The translations under genes were made by a program, and so were the position numbers. DNA of 63,530 bases, filler included, from Octopus bimaculoides (taxonomy: Eukaryota), in assembly GCF_001194135.2 (NCBI RefSeq). It is 5 parts of 5 records of this genome, joined end to end, with 100 filler letters (N's around TTAATTAATTAA, not from the genome) between each part and the next. Parts side by side here need not be neighbours in the genome. Positions count along the whole stretch, not along the records: positions 1 to 18,213 come from NC_068991.1; 4 more parts are not named here. One strand, given 5' to 3'. Of the stretch, positions 1 through 11,431 are shown in pieces. Below the pieces are notes generated by a model that was not told where the DNA came from, did no database searches, and was given only the letters and a program-made list of their open reading frames with translations. Positions within the stretch are counted from its first letter, which is position 1, and each line of letters begins with the position of its first letter.

Positions 1-251
1 AGGCTGATAGTTAGCAAGGTGAGACACACATAGGAAAGAAGGAAACAAAGGACCACTGATGAGGTCACAGAAGTGTGACGAAAGAACTCTGGCCGAAATA
101 AGATTAAGATTAATGTAATAGAAAGCTGAAGCAAATTAACACCAAATATACAGTGCATGTGTTTTTATTGGCTAAACTGGCAATATGACCATCCCCAAGT
201 ACAACAACATCTGTTTCAACACACGATTTCACATCAAAAATCTTGCAAAAC

Positions 252-291
<40 letters not shown>

Positions 292-654
292 TCATATAAA
301 CCTCCACTATTATATATACTGTTTTTTTTGTGTTCCTCAACATCCTTGGGCCTTGTGCCCATAAATATGTCGTCCTCCTCTTCCTCCTCAACCCCCTCCT
401 CCTCCTCCCAAGAATTCACAACTACCTCGAACCCACAAGAGTAAACAAGAGAGGCAGAAACAAGGGAAATGTCTCTTGTTCCCTCCATTTAATTTCGTTT
501 CAAGCACCTTCTGAATTCTCTTGTACTCTTTGGAAATTTTCTCTCTCATTTCTCCTTCCATTATCCCTAGGTATTTGTATCTGCCCCTATTCCATAGCAA
601 TATAGTGATATTGTCTTGAGGTAATTTTATACCGTCAGAGTTTGTCTTCTAGAC

Positions 655-1165
655 CAGGGGTCACCAAACGTTTTCCATGGTGGGCCAGATAACTGAGAGA
701 ATGATGAGCGTGGGCTGCATAACCATTTTGTTCAATACAATACAGTGAATACGTAAAAAATAAAGACAGCCAACATGTTTATTTACCAAAAAGTTATCAA
801 AGAAGGCGACGTTAGCAGCAAGGTAGTTATATCACACCCAGTGCGCACATACCCAAATCTCACAAACCAAGCAGCATAAAAGGTTAGTGAGATTTGTGAA
901 AATGGTGTTCAACTTTTAAGATATCATCAATATTTGCTTTGGAATTGCTGCATTCAACCCAGAGAATTGCTTTCAAATGTTCATTAGTCATCCTCGTTTG
1001 ATCTGCTGACTTCACATACTTCAGTTTTGAAAATGTTTGCTCACAGACATAAGTTGTTCCATACCAGAAGCAAATGAACTCTCATTGCTGGTACTTACAC
1101 AAAAGGTACCATGCAGAAGCAGGACAGATGAACTGACCTCGTGGGCTCTAGTTTGATGACCCCTG
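655..1165 (-). mobile_element. Non-autonomous hAT (Charlie/Buster-like) deletion derivative
   Basis: TIRs CAGGGGTCACCAAAC and GTTTGATGACCCCTG (1 mismatch). Perfect 8-bp TSD TTCTAGAC at 647-654 and 1166-1173. Internal minus-strand remnant GTTYVCEQTFSKLKYVKS...RMTNEHLKAIL resembles the hAT dimerisation domain. Confidence 0.9.
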
Positions 1166-1441
1166 TTCTAGACTATCTTCATAATTAGCACTGTATTCTT
1201 ATTTATCCCAAACTGCATTCCAATATCCTCGCTGAATACTCTTACTGTTTGGATTAGAGAATCTAGCTCTTTTTCACTTTTTGTATATAGTTTACAGTCA
1301 TCCATACAAAGCAAGTGTTTTATTTTCACCTTGGTTTTGGTAAATTCATAGTCAGGCCTGGAGTTTTTCAGTTTACATATCAAGGGGCAATAACACAATG
1401 ATGAAGAGTTATGTAGAGAGACTCTCGAGAAGATTCACATG

Positions 1442-1610
1442 CATATTTCACATGCATATTTCACATGCATATTTCACATGCATATTTCACATGCATATTT
1501 CACATGCATATTTCACATGCATATTTCACATGCATATTTCACATGCATATTTCACATGCATATTTCACATGCATATTTCACATGCATATTTCACATGCAT
1601 ATTTCACATG
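1442..1610. repeat. Perfect 13-bp minisatellite (CATATTTCACATG) x13 plus partial units
   Basis: Directly visible. Explains the MHISHAYFTCIFH repeat ORFs. Confidence 0.95.
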
Positions 1611-2090
1611 CATATTTTCAAGTTTCCTAATGACTCATTTGCACACGTCAGTTCTAATTCCCACACTCTCATTTCTTTCTCTAAACAGCTCTTTATCTTC
1701 TCATTGACTCTGTGCATCCTCAGGCACTCCAAGAGCTAGCAGCATGGAACATTGTTGTAAACCTTCCTGTAGTCTATTCAGCCAACAGCTAAATTCTTCT
1801 TTCTTACTAGTGCTTCACAATATATTATTACTATGTAATGTTTTGGTTTTGCTTTAATTTATATGAGGTGCAACCAAGTCTCAACCAGAGACATCATGGG
1901 ACAACAGGGTTGTGCATCTAAAGATGCTAACAAGTCTCATGCAAATGAAAATACTGATTTTTGTTGGAGAAAAAAAAGAACTGCAGAGTAAGATTGCATT
2001 CATTTAGAGAAGAATTTACATGAAATATGTGAGGTACCCATAAATAGGATCTTTTGTAATTTGCTCATTATTTATTATTATTATTATTAT

Positions 2091-2575
2091 TGAGTGAGAG
2101 AGTAGTGCATGCTGTCAGAGTGACATTGAGGTAAAATATATGAAGCCCAGTATACCCATCATGACTACCCGTCTGATAAGGGTACACCAGGCAAATGCAT
2201 CACAACCATATATGCGTGACATAGTGATCTTAGATCAAGATAAAAAGTACATGGTCTTGCAAGTGGGGTCCAGTTAGAATTTTCTTCAGGTCGAGTAGCC
2301 TAACCAACTCAAAAAGTCCTTGAATAAGGGTTCTTTACGGATGTTGACTGAAACACCCATGTTTCTAGAGGTGAATTATTCAAACCCCAAAGAATTCCTC
2401 TCAACACATGGCAATGATGCTCTCTCACTACTTCTGCTCATGATTAGAGATGCACATATTGTCAACCACCAAGGGACATGTTCAACTGGTTAAGGTCAAT
2501 CAACTGATAAGCAAATCTGTGGTATTGAGCAGAATATTTACTGTAGCTCATCTTTCATACCAAGACATTATCATC
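2091..2575. mobile_element. Probable interspersed repeat between (TTA)n tracts
   Basis: Non-coding block bounded by TTA microsatellites; resembles a recurrent octopus repeat from recollection only. No second copy in the window. Confidence 0.35.
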
Positions 2576-2592
2576 TATTATTATTATTGTTA

Positions 2593-2712
2593 TGCCAGTG
2601 AACTAGCAGAATCGTTAATGCTTCAGAGAAAATGCTTAATGGTATTTCTTCAGATTCTTTACATTTTGAGTTTAAATTCTGTCATGTTCAACTTTGCCTT
2701 TTATATCCCTAG
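2593..2712 (+). mobile_element. SINE family A, truncated and CpG-decayed
   Basis: Shares gcagaatcgtta...aaatgctta...gagtt(c/t)aaattc...actttgcctt with about 10 other copies in the window. Confidence 0.7.
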
Positions 2713-3909
2713 ACGAACTTCCCTACCTTTTCGGACAAAACCTTTTGTAACCTTCGTCCTGTCTTTGTCCTTACATGTTTTTAATTGACATTAGCCCTTG
2801 TGGCCAATAAAACGAATTAATTATTATTATTATTACTATTCTGGGGCACTTCACTCCATTCTGTACTGTCAGTCATTGTCTACACTCTCCCAGCTCCCTC
2901 ACCCCAAATCATTTTTATCATTAATCACCCCTTCATCCTGTTGGCCATTTACTACATCCAACTCTTGACCCTACCCAATCTCTACAGTCACCTATTCTTC
3001 CCTATCTTTCTTCTGATGTGTATTTATAAACAGCTGGCCCCTGGCCATTGTTCTTCATTCATTATATTTGCCACCTCATTCCTTCGCCATCCCTCACTTA
3101 CTCTCCCCATGCATACTTGCAATTTCTCCCCACCCACATTTCCTGCTCTTCTGTCACTACTTTTATTCACTTTGTATCTCCAAGATCTACCCTGACACTT
3201 CATTGGCACTTTTTATCTTTCTTTCTAGCTCCACCCCCAGTTACTTTCCCAGTTACCCTTAATCTTCTGTAATGTAAGTAGCCAGCTAGCTCCTCTGCAG
3301 TAACATCTCTTAGTATAAAGCTACTTACCTGTCTGCTATATCCCTTCTCAAATAAAGAAGATTTTAGTCTTGTATACTGCACGACAACTTCAGTACCATG
3401 ACAAAAAGTACACAGTACACTAAAATACTTGGCATAAAGGTCATTCAGCTGCTGAAACAGTGCCAGAACATTTTGGAGTATGATGCAGCCCTTGGACTGT
3501 TTTGAGTTCAAATTTCATCTGCTCTTACAAGTAAAAGATTGAGTCTTTTGAGACCTGGTGGTGGGGAAATGGTTGATAGGCTTAGAAAACTCTTAAGCAA
3601 GTGTCCAAGTGTTTCAGGTGAACAAGGTCAGTGCCAGTTTATCAGCTGGCAAGCAAAAATATTGGGGGTTTCAAGTTTGGTTCCCCCAACAAATGCATGT
3701 ATGTATGTGTGTATCTGTATCCAAGTTTGTACTTATGTTTACTGATTTAAACCAATGTGTCTCATTACATCACTTTGTCTTGTAACTTATATACTAAACT
3801 GAAATAAGTACTTGTATCAGAATTATCCATTAAAATCTTTGGAGGTGTCCTGGCATGTTTCTTTGAATCTAATTGTTTTTTCTCTTTTGTTTTTGTTGTT
3901 TATTTACAG

Positions 3910-4037
3910 AAACACATAATCCTGAAGCTGGTGTTGCAAAGTTGTCTACAATGGCAAACACAAGTGGAATATGGACAATGAAATGCATACTAGCTATAGA
4001 AAGAAATCATTTGATAATTAAAGAAAAAGGCACTGAA
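3910..4037 (+). CDS. EPS8: EPS8-like exon, PTB domain: (x)ETHNPEAGVAKLSTMANTSGIWTMKCILAIERNHLIIKEKGTE
   Basis: Acceptor tatttacAG and donor GAA|GTAAGT, phase 1 to 0. Resembles the EPS8 PTB segment DGIRKL...GKVWTQDMILQV. The preceding HLxTF-type exon was not found in the window. Confidence 0.85.
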
Positions 4038-4180
4038 GTAAGTACGAAAGATTAAGACTCATTCCCTTTACTGAAAATTTCTTTTATAATCTATTTAGGC
4101 ATCTTCACAGAATTGGTTTTGCACTATTTTCATGACAGATTTTCTTTAACAGTTTTGTATTTTAATATGAAATCACATAA

Positions 4181-4318
4181 AGGTGGTGAGCTTGCAGAAT
4201 CTTTAGCATGCCATGTGAAATGCTTAGCGGCACTTCGCCTGTCTTGACAATCTCAGTTCAAACTCCACTGAGATCAACTTTGCCTTTCATCCTTTTGGGG
4301 GTGATAAAATAAGTACTA
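4181..4318 (+). mobile_element. SINE family A
   Basis: ggtgagcttgcagaat...gttcaaactccactgagatcaactttgcctttcatcc...gataaaataagtac. Confidence 0.75.
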
Positions 4319-4334
4319 CTTCCACCAACTAATT

Positions 4335-4600
4335 TACAATTGTTTGATCTATGACATTGTTGTATCTATGACCACTCTTACTATTGGCATTTTAATGATC
4401 TATGACCAATCTTTTTACTGGCATTGTATGATCTATGATCAGTCTTGTTATTGGTATTGCAATATCTATGACCAATCCTGTGATTAGCATTGCAATATTT
4501 ATTGACAATGCTATTATTGGCATTGCAATATCCATGGTCAGTCCTGTTGCTGTTATTGTAGTATCAATGGTTGATCTAATTAATCCCAGTGTTTTTACTA
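4335..4600. repeat. Degenerate ~30-bp tandem repeat
   Basis: Recurring atctatgacc...attggcattgcaat unit, giving 10-residue periodicity in translation. Confidence 0.65.
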
Positions 4601-5289
4601 GTAGGATATTATTCTAAGATAATTAATCAGCCAATGTGTAACATCAGTGTTGATTGTGTCCATATCCAATACCCTTCTGCAGCAACTGTCCAAATACAAT
4701 GTACTTCTCTCCTGTTGGTCTTCCTCAGGTCAATCCTGGTTGAGCAGACTCCTGATCAAAAACATCATGTCTATGTATGTCTGTGATCTCATTCTCCAAT
4801 ATGTACTGTCTTATTAATAATGGTAGGGTATGATTTGTAGATGATTTGGCTGCTATTTCTAGTAGGCAGAGGCTTTCTCATTGGCTCCCGTTCATGTAGT
4901 TTTGAATAGGTGCACTGAGGAGGTATCGCTTACTATTATTTATTGTTATGAAAACTGAATAATTGAATACTGTTGTAAGAATTGGTGGATACTTATAGTT
5001 TGGTCAAACACCAGGCAGTTAATTCAATTTATCTCTCTTTTAAGAGTTTTAAACTAATTAAATTGATTGACTATTACATTCTAATTTATTAATTAGAATA
5101 ATTTTGATATTATAGATCTTGATAAAACATTAATAACTAAAAATGGAAAAAATAAATAGGAAACAAATAAGCAAAAAATAGATTATTAATTATTAGGTAT
5201 ACTTCTTTTAATTCTTTGAAGCATAGTGGTTATATAATAATTTTGCATTTCTTTATGCAGTCCTTTGCATTTTTATTGAGCTCTGCAAG

Positions 5290-5830
5290 GTCTTTTGAGG
5301 TGCAGGGATTGGGTTGTAGCATGCAGACAAAGTAGTCTTCCATAGTATGGTCTGCTTGTGTACATTCACAGTCTTGTAGTCTCCATTTGATTAAAGCAAC
5401 TTTTGATTATCCTGTTCTTGTCCTCAAGTAGTTGAGTGTCTTTCACTGCATCCATAGTGCTTCTGAATCAGGAAGGTGGTCTTCAGTAGGAGTGATTCCT
5501 GTGTCCATTGACGGAGGGCTATTTTCAAGCTTCCCCACCCAAAGCCGGAGTCTGGTTCTTTCCTGAGATTTTGTTAGGGTTTGGACATTGCTGAAAAAGC
5601 TTCTTGATTTCAGTTGTTGGACAGGAGGGTGACATCCATGGAGGAGGTGGCATTCATTACTAGTAGCCTTTGTCGTTTCAACATCGACTGGACACTTCTG
5701 TCTGATATCAGCAAGGGCAATGCCAGTGAGAAGGAGCTGGTTGTTTGTGTTGGTGGGTTTAATGCAACCAGTGATAGACAGCAAGTGTTTTTTGACACTG
5801 GGTCAAGCTTCTTAATATGGGCATGATCTC
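5290..5830 (-). mobile_element. Non-LTR retrotransposon 3' coding remnant (post-RT region; clade uncertain, Vingi/RTE-X-like)
   Basis: ITGCIKPT...LLLTGIALADIR...RLKSRSFF...LNYLRTRTG...CEC pattern with stop codons. Confidence 0.65.
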
Positions 5831-6104
5831 TCCCAGACAGAACATGCAGACACCACAGAGAAATAGTACAAGGTTAGATCAGTTGGTCTCAATGCAGTAT
5901 TAATAAAAAAAAAAAAAAGCNNNNNNNNNNCTCAATGCAGTATTAATAAAAAAAAAAAAAGCTAGGGGTAATGAACTAAAACCATAATTTCACATTTGAA
6001 GAAGAACAAAATATAAAAGAAAGTATCAACAATAAATAAACAAAACTCAGAATATTAGATGAATTAATCAGGGTAAAAGAGTAAAGAACTCCTTTGGTCA
6101 TGAA

Positions 6105-6412
6105 TGACCATGGGATTGCACCTAGAAAGTTACCCTCCAAGGTACAAGTCTCTGGGCAAAGTTGTTTATGCAAGACCAGCAGTCACCCATGCATACCAGC
6201 CTCCTCTCTTCATGCCACTGATGTTTTCCAAGGGAAAGGCAAAGGCTGACACAACTTGGCACCAGAGACATCACAACTCCTTTGCACAGCTGAGTGAACT
6301 GGAGCAACATGAAATAGTGCCTTGCTCAAGAATACACATCCCAGTCTGGGAATTGAACTCACTACCTCTTGATTGTGAGCCTGACACTCTAACCACTGAG
6401 CTATGCATCTTC
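6105..6412 (-). mobile_element. tRNA-headed SINE (family D-like)
   Basis: Reverse-complement head ...ggagcaacatgaaatagtgccttgctcaag...gggaattgaactc...ctaaccactgagc. Related copies at about 8640-8770, 15780-15910 and 30500-30690. Confidence 0.65.
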
Positions 6413-6521
6413 ACAATTAATCAGTTACTAAATTAAATACTTAATTTCTCATAAATTAAATATATGTTTTTTTAAATATTTTTTCTTCTTTTCTTTTTTT
6501 GTCATGTTTTTAAATATTTAG

Positions 6522-6686
6522 AGCATGTTGGATTGCTTTCCTTTGCCAAACATCTACAACCCTTTTGCAATAACTAAATCAGAGAAATGTGATGTTTACA
6601 ATAACTTGGTGGTGTTGAGTGTTATCGACAACACTAAAAGAGATAATCAACCTCAGATGCACATCTTTCTCGCTGGATCAATTCCG
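6522..6686 (+). CDS. EPS8: EPS8-like exon, PTB domain: SMLDCFPLPNIYNPFAITKSEKCDVYNNLVVLSVIDNTKRDNQPQMHIFLAGSIP
   Basis: Long pyrimidine tract and tttAG acceptor, CCG|GTAAGT donor, 165 nt, phase 0 to 0. Matches the EPS8 pattern LENFPL...Y.S.L.L...PDLHLF. Confidence 0.88.
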
Positions 6687-6799
6687 GTAAGTAACTATTT
6701 TGCTCCCTCTCTCAACGCCTTGTATAAAGTCACGACTCTCTCTCTCTCTGCTACATCACCTACTCAGTCAAGAGAGGTCTTTTTCTTTGTCTTGCAAAT

Positions 6800-7000
6800 T
6801 ACTTGGTGACCTTACTAGTGCTGGTGTCCTGAAAAAAGTACCCTGTACATGCTGTAAAGTGGTTGGCATTAGTAAAGATATCCAGCCATAGAAATCATTC
6901 CAAGGCAGACACTAAAGCTCAATGCAGTCCTCCATTTTGTTAGTTCTCGGTGAACCACTCAACGTGTACCTGCATAGAAGAAGTGTGTTAAATGATGATA
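6800..7000 (+). mobile_element. Old copy of family C (GAT-tailed retroposon)
   Basis: ggttggcattag...atccagccatagaa...gttaaatgatgat tail. A similar old copy lies at about 7790-7945. Confidence 0.55.
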
Positions 7001-7063
7001 ATGGTATGTGTGCCTTTGTGTTTGTTTTATGTGTGTTAGTGTATATGTATATTAGAGTGCATG

Positions 7064-7575
7064 TCATCATCATCATCATCATCATCATCGTCGTTTAACA
7101 TCCACTTTCCATGCTAGCATAGGTTGGACGATTTGACTGAGGACTGGTGAAACCGGATGGCTACACCAGGCTCCAATCTGATTTGGCAGAGTTTCTACAA
7201 CTGGATGCCCTTCCTAACGCCAACCACTCCGAGAGAGTNNNNNNNNNNNNNNNNNNNNNNNNNNNNNNNNNNNNNNNNNNNNNNNNNNNNNNNNNNNNNN
7301 NNNNNNNNNNNNNNNNNNNNNNNNNNNNNNNNNNNNNNNNNNNNNNNNNNNNNNNNNNNNNNNNNNNNNNNNNNNNNNNNNNGCCAACCACTCCGAGAGT
7401 GTAGTGGGTGCTTTTACGTGCCACCGGCACGAAGGCCAGTCAGGCGGTACTGGCAACGGCCACGCTCGAAATGGTGCATTTTATGTGCCACCTGCACAGG
7501 AGCCAGTTCGGCGGCACTGGCAATGATCTCGCTCGAATGTCTTTACACATGCCATCCGGCACAAGTGCCAGGAAG
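7064..7575 (-). mobile_element. Young family C retroposon with (GAT)n tail, spanning an N gap
   Basis: catcatc...gtttaacatcc...ggatgcccttcctaacgccaaccactccgagag; CpGs retained. Confidence 0.85.
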
Positions 7576-7972
7576 GCGATGCTGGTCACAGATGCCATGA
7601 CGGTTTCGCTTTTGTACTTAAATATATTCACATACATGACAGTTCATTCACAATACTTCAAAATAATAGAAATATTGGTTTGATCTTGCTGTGCATCTTA
7701 GGTCAAACTAAGTGCATTTGACTATAATCTCTGGTTGAGCTTAGTGTCTTGGGTTGTTCCAAGTCATATGTGTGAAACTGAGTGGATGGAAACTGGGTGG
7801 AAGGTTTTAGGAAAGGCATCCAACCATAGAAGCCATACCAAAACAGACAATGGTGCCTGGAGCAGCCCTTGGCCTTACCAGCTCTTGTCAAACCATTTAA
7901 CCCATGCCAGCATGGAAAACAAATGTTAAATGATGATGATAGTTATGATGATGATGTGTATATGTATGTATG

Positions 7973-8031
<59 letters not shown>

Positions 8032-8195
8032 ATAAATGTGTGTATGTATATGTACTTATATATTTGTATGTATATATGTACAAATGTGTGTGAAGTACCA
8101 GTCAAATACTGTGGTTGATAATATCCACTAACCCCCATCTGTTGAAATTGTTGGCCTTTTGTCTAAATCAGAGACCATTATTAATATCGGCATTA

Positions 8196-8382
8196 ACGAG
8201 GCAAGCTGGTAGAATCATTAGCATTTTATTCATCTTTATGTTCTGAGTTTAAATTCCTCTGAGGTTGACTTCGTCTTTCATCTTTTTGGGGTTGATAAAA
8301 TAAGTACAACTCGAGCACTGGGATCAATGTAATTGACTCACCCCCTCCCTAAAATTACTGGCTTTGTGCAAAATTTGAAACC
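8196..8382 (+). mobile_element. SINE family A, about 30 nt upstream of the EPS8 exon at 8413
   Basis: Family A body and 3' end (aaaatttgaaacc). Confidence 0.75.
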
Positions 8383-8412
8383 ATTTTTAATATCAGCGTC
8401 ATTTTGTTACAG

Positions 8413-8477
8413 GCTCAAGATATTGTTGATGAAATTTTGAATGCAAAAGCTGGCCGTCCTCCTACCAGTCGTTTCAA
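8413..8477 (+). CDS. EPS8: EPS8-like exon, end of PTB: AQDIVDEILNAKAGRPPTSRF
   Basis: ttttgttacAG acceptor, AA|GTAAGG donor, 65 nt, phase 0 to 2. In frame with both neighbours. Confidence 0.85.
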
Positions 8478-9234
8478 GTAAGGATTGAAGTTGCTTTCTA
8501 TTTATTGCTGTTTTATCCCAGGTCTGCTATTATCAAGCAAACCTATATAGATGATTTGTTGACAATGATGAAATGTTTGCAGTTAACCTACTCCCTCCAT
8601 CAAATTGACATTGCTTGTATAGGTGTGCTGTGTGTCACATGTCAGATATCAAAGTGCATTGTGTTCATGATGTGTTCTGCTCATGAACACAATGCACTGC
8701 CCCATCTGGGAATTAAACCCACTGTCTTGCAATTTTATGTGCAACACCCTAACCACTAGGCCACATGTCTTTATGCAGTAGAATATTCTAAAGTACATTA
8801 TGTACTGTGTCCTTTAGGGTGTGCTTTAATATGGTGATTTGGTTGCCATTTTAACATGCAATGTGACCATGTAAAGGCTCCTTCATTGAATAATTTAGTC
8901 AGAGTTCACTCTGTTGCAAACATTTAGATCAGATCTTCCACCTAATCTTGGAGTCCATTCAATGAAGGTCATGATTACTAGTCTTTTATCTATAACATTA
9001 AAAAAAAAAAATGATAATCAAATAACTATTGTCATGGTACATCAGAAATTTATATCGCAATCTTTGGAAAAATATAAGCAAAAAATAATCTTAGCTTATC
9101 TCAGAGATTAGTCAAGACAGCCTTCAAACAAAGTTATGATCAAAAGTGTTCCAACTGTGGCTTTTTATGTTTTTAAATCTGTATACAGGTTTACATTATC
9201 TATTTGTTATTGATTTTTTAAAAGACAGCCCACA

Positions 9235-9532
9235 GTTGTGCGCGATTATTGCCAGTGCCGCTGGACTGGCTCCTGTGCAGGTGGCACGTAAAATACACCA
9301 TTTTGAGCATGGCCGTTGCCAGTACCGCCTGACTGGCCTTCGTGCCGGTGGCACGTAAAAGCACCCACTACACTCTCGGAGTGGTTGGCGTTAGGAAGGG
9401 CATCCAGCTGTAGAAACTCTGCCAAATCAGATTGGAGCCTGGTGTAGCCATCTGGTTCACCATTCCTCAGTCAAATCGTCCAACTCATGCTAGCATGGAG
9501 AGCGGACGTTAAACGATGATGATGATGATGAT
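9235..9532 (+). mobile_element. Young family C retroposon with (GAT)n tail
   Basis: Near-identical reverse complement of 7090-7532; ends gcggacgttaaacgatgatgatgatg. Confidence 0.85.
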
Positions 9533-9895
9533 TTTCATTTGTGGAAGATTTCGTAACTATTACTAGTATTTCTTACTGTGATAAGAAAGCCTTTGTCATT
9601 AGCTTCAATCTGGTTAGATGTCAAGGAATGCTGTTAGGGGCTGAAGCCTTTAATGTTTTCTAAGAATCACTTCTTTGTCTGAAGAAGATAGCTCGTGAAT
9701 ATGACCCAATCCTTTTTTCTTTTTCAGACACTTTATATGGGTGAGAAGTTAAACCATTGTATTAATTGTTTAGTTTAAATTTTTGTCGTTTCATACTTGG
9801 AGAGGCAAATACTTGAAGCTTGTGTTGGGTGAGATGTTGGTTAGCACTTGGAGGAAGATGTTTTATATCTGTGTTACTATATTTACATGTCTGTA

Positions 9896-10112
9896 TGAAG
9901 GGGTGCTGAAAAGTTCCTGGCTTTTTGTAAAAAAAAATACAAGAGGATCAGTTAATAATAATTTTATTTGACATATTTCCCTCTCAGAGTCACACACTTA
10001 TTGCAGTGGTCCTTCAGTTTTTTCAAACCCTGTAAAAGAACTCAGAAGGTTGGGCCTCCAACCAGCCCTCTTGCAATACCCTTGAAGCCAGAGACTTTTC
10101 AGAACCCCCTCG
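9896..10112. mobile_element. Mariner-type MITE
   Basis: TA|TGAAGGGGTGCTGAAAAGTTCCTGGCT ... AGCCAGAGACTTTTCAGAACCCCCTCG|TA: imperfect TIRs of about 27 bp and TA TSDs. Confidence 0.8.
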
Positions 10113-10276
10113 TATAATTAAAAATTTACCGTGCTATTATGGTTACATAAGTTTATCAGATTGTAGGTTTATATTTGTGTTAGTATGGTTGTATATGTGT
10201 CTTAATTATAGTTTACTATCTGTGTTACTATGGTTACATATGTTTGTCTCATGTGAGGTTTATACCTTTGTTACAG

Positions 10277-10368
10277 TAACCAACTCATACCACCACCACC
10301 CTCTCAGCCTGCTCCAGAACCACCAAGTTTTATGACTGCCAAATCTAGCTTTATTGCTGCCACACCAG
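10277..10368 (+). CDS. EPS8: EPS8-like exon, Pro-rich linker: (N)NQLIPPPPSQPAPEPPSFMTAKSSFIAATP
   Basis: ctttgttacAG acceptor, CAG|GTAATT donor, phase 2 to 1. IPPPP.xPAP.PP matches the EPS8 post-PTB Pro-rich motif. Confidence 0.88.
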
Positions 10369-11281
10369 GTAATTATTTCATTACTTGTTTCATGGTATTG
10401 CCTGGGTAGCGAGGACTGAGACAGAATTGAATGATGTTGGAATGACCAAATTGATTGTTGATTGAAATAACTGGTTGTTCATTGAAAAGTGTTTGAAACA
10501 AGTTTTTTGTGGGTGGTTGGGAGTGGACAATATTATATGTTGGGTCATATATGTATGTATGGATGATGTTCGTTTGTTCTAGTGTGTTGCTACAGAGTAT
10601 TTAGTTGTGATTTATATTACTTTACACACGTGTGTATATGTATGTATACACACACACACACACATGCTCACACATACACACATATATATATATATATGTA
10701 AAGAAATGTAAATCACAACTAAATATTCTATAACAATACACTAGGATGAGAAAATGCAATTTATTCACTATACATGACAACAAACAACAAAAATAAACCA
10801 ACAGTTGTAGTAATGGGTTTCCTCCAGGATTCGAAACCCTAACTTCAAACTACTACACAATTACACCTTGCACATTCTCAACACTAGCTACTGATGTCAT
10901 CCTAAGCTTAACCAATTAAATTTTTTACTAGTCAAAACTGGACTTTCAGGAAAAAAAAAAAACATTTAACCGAGCAAGACAAGTGACTTAACAGAATCAA
11001 CCAACTGGACTGCTGGACAATTGTCAGACAGAAACATGTTATCAAAACAGCTGATAAAACAAATGACTTCACCAGGAAGTCAACCAACCAGAACGCTGGC
11101 CTACTACCAAACCAAAGTATGTAACCAGAACATCTGAGAAACCAGTGACATATTCAGGCAGCCAGCTAACCAAAATACTAGACTATGGGCAGACAAATAT
11201 AAGTGACATCATTAAGCTTATAACCAATCAGAACTTGAACCTAAATCTTAAAAAGCTCTCTCTCTCATATATATTATATAT

Positions 11282-11431
11282 TTGCTTATGAACCACATGG
11301 TTCCGGGTTCAGTCCCACTGCGTGGCACCTTGGGCAAGTGTCTTCTACTATAGCCTCTGGCTGACCAAAGCCTTGTGAGTGGATTTGGTAGACGGAAACT
11401 GAATGAAGCCTGTCTTATATATGTATATATA
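11282..11431 (+). mobile_element. SINE family B, 5' half (runs into an N gap)
   Basis: aaccacatggttccgggttcagtcccactgcgtggcaccttgggcaagtgtcttctactatagcc...ggtagacggaaactga followed by (TA)n. Confidence 0.85.

Larger units (their letters stand above)
405..1745 (-). mobile_element. Degraded R4/Dong-type non-LTR retrotransposon RT fragment, interrupted by a hAT element and a minisatellite
   Basis: Minus-strand peptides WILECLRM..., KHLLCMDDCKLYTKSEKELDSLIQTVRVFSEDIGMQFG and YKYLGIMEGEMREKISKEY...KLNGGN are collinear once the insertions are removed. Confidence 0.8.

Noticed and set aside
3200-3511. 103-aa minus-strand ORF with an internal CAG|GTAAGT donor
   Set aside because: No recognisable family, a stop immediately upstream in frame and a weak acceptor. 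Could be a decayed retroelement piece; not supportable as a gene.
5888-5962. Direct repeat on both sides of a 10-N gap (similar cases at 7220/7383, 47100/47175 and 32561-32612)
   Set aside because: Duplicated contig ends flanking gaps are typical unmerged-overlap artefacts.
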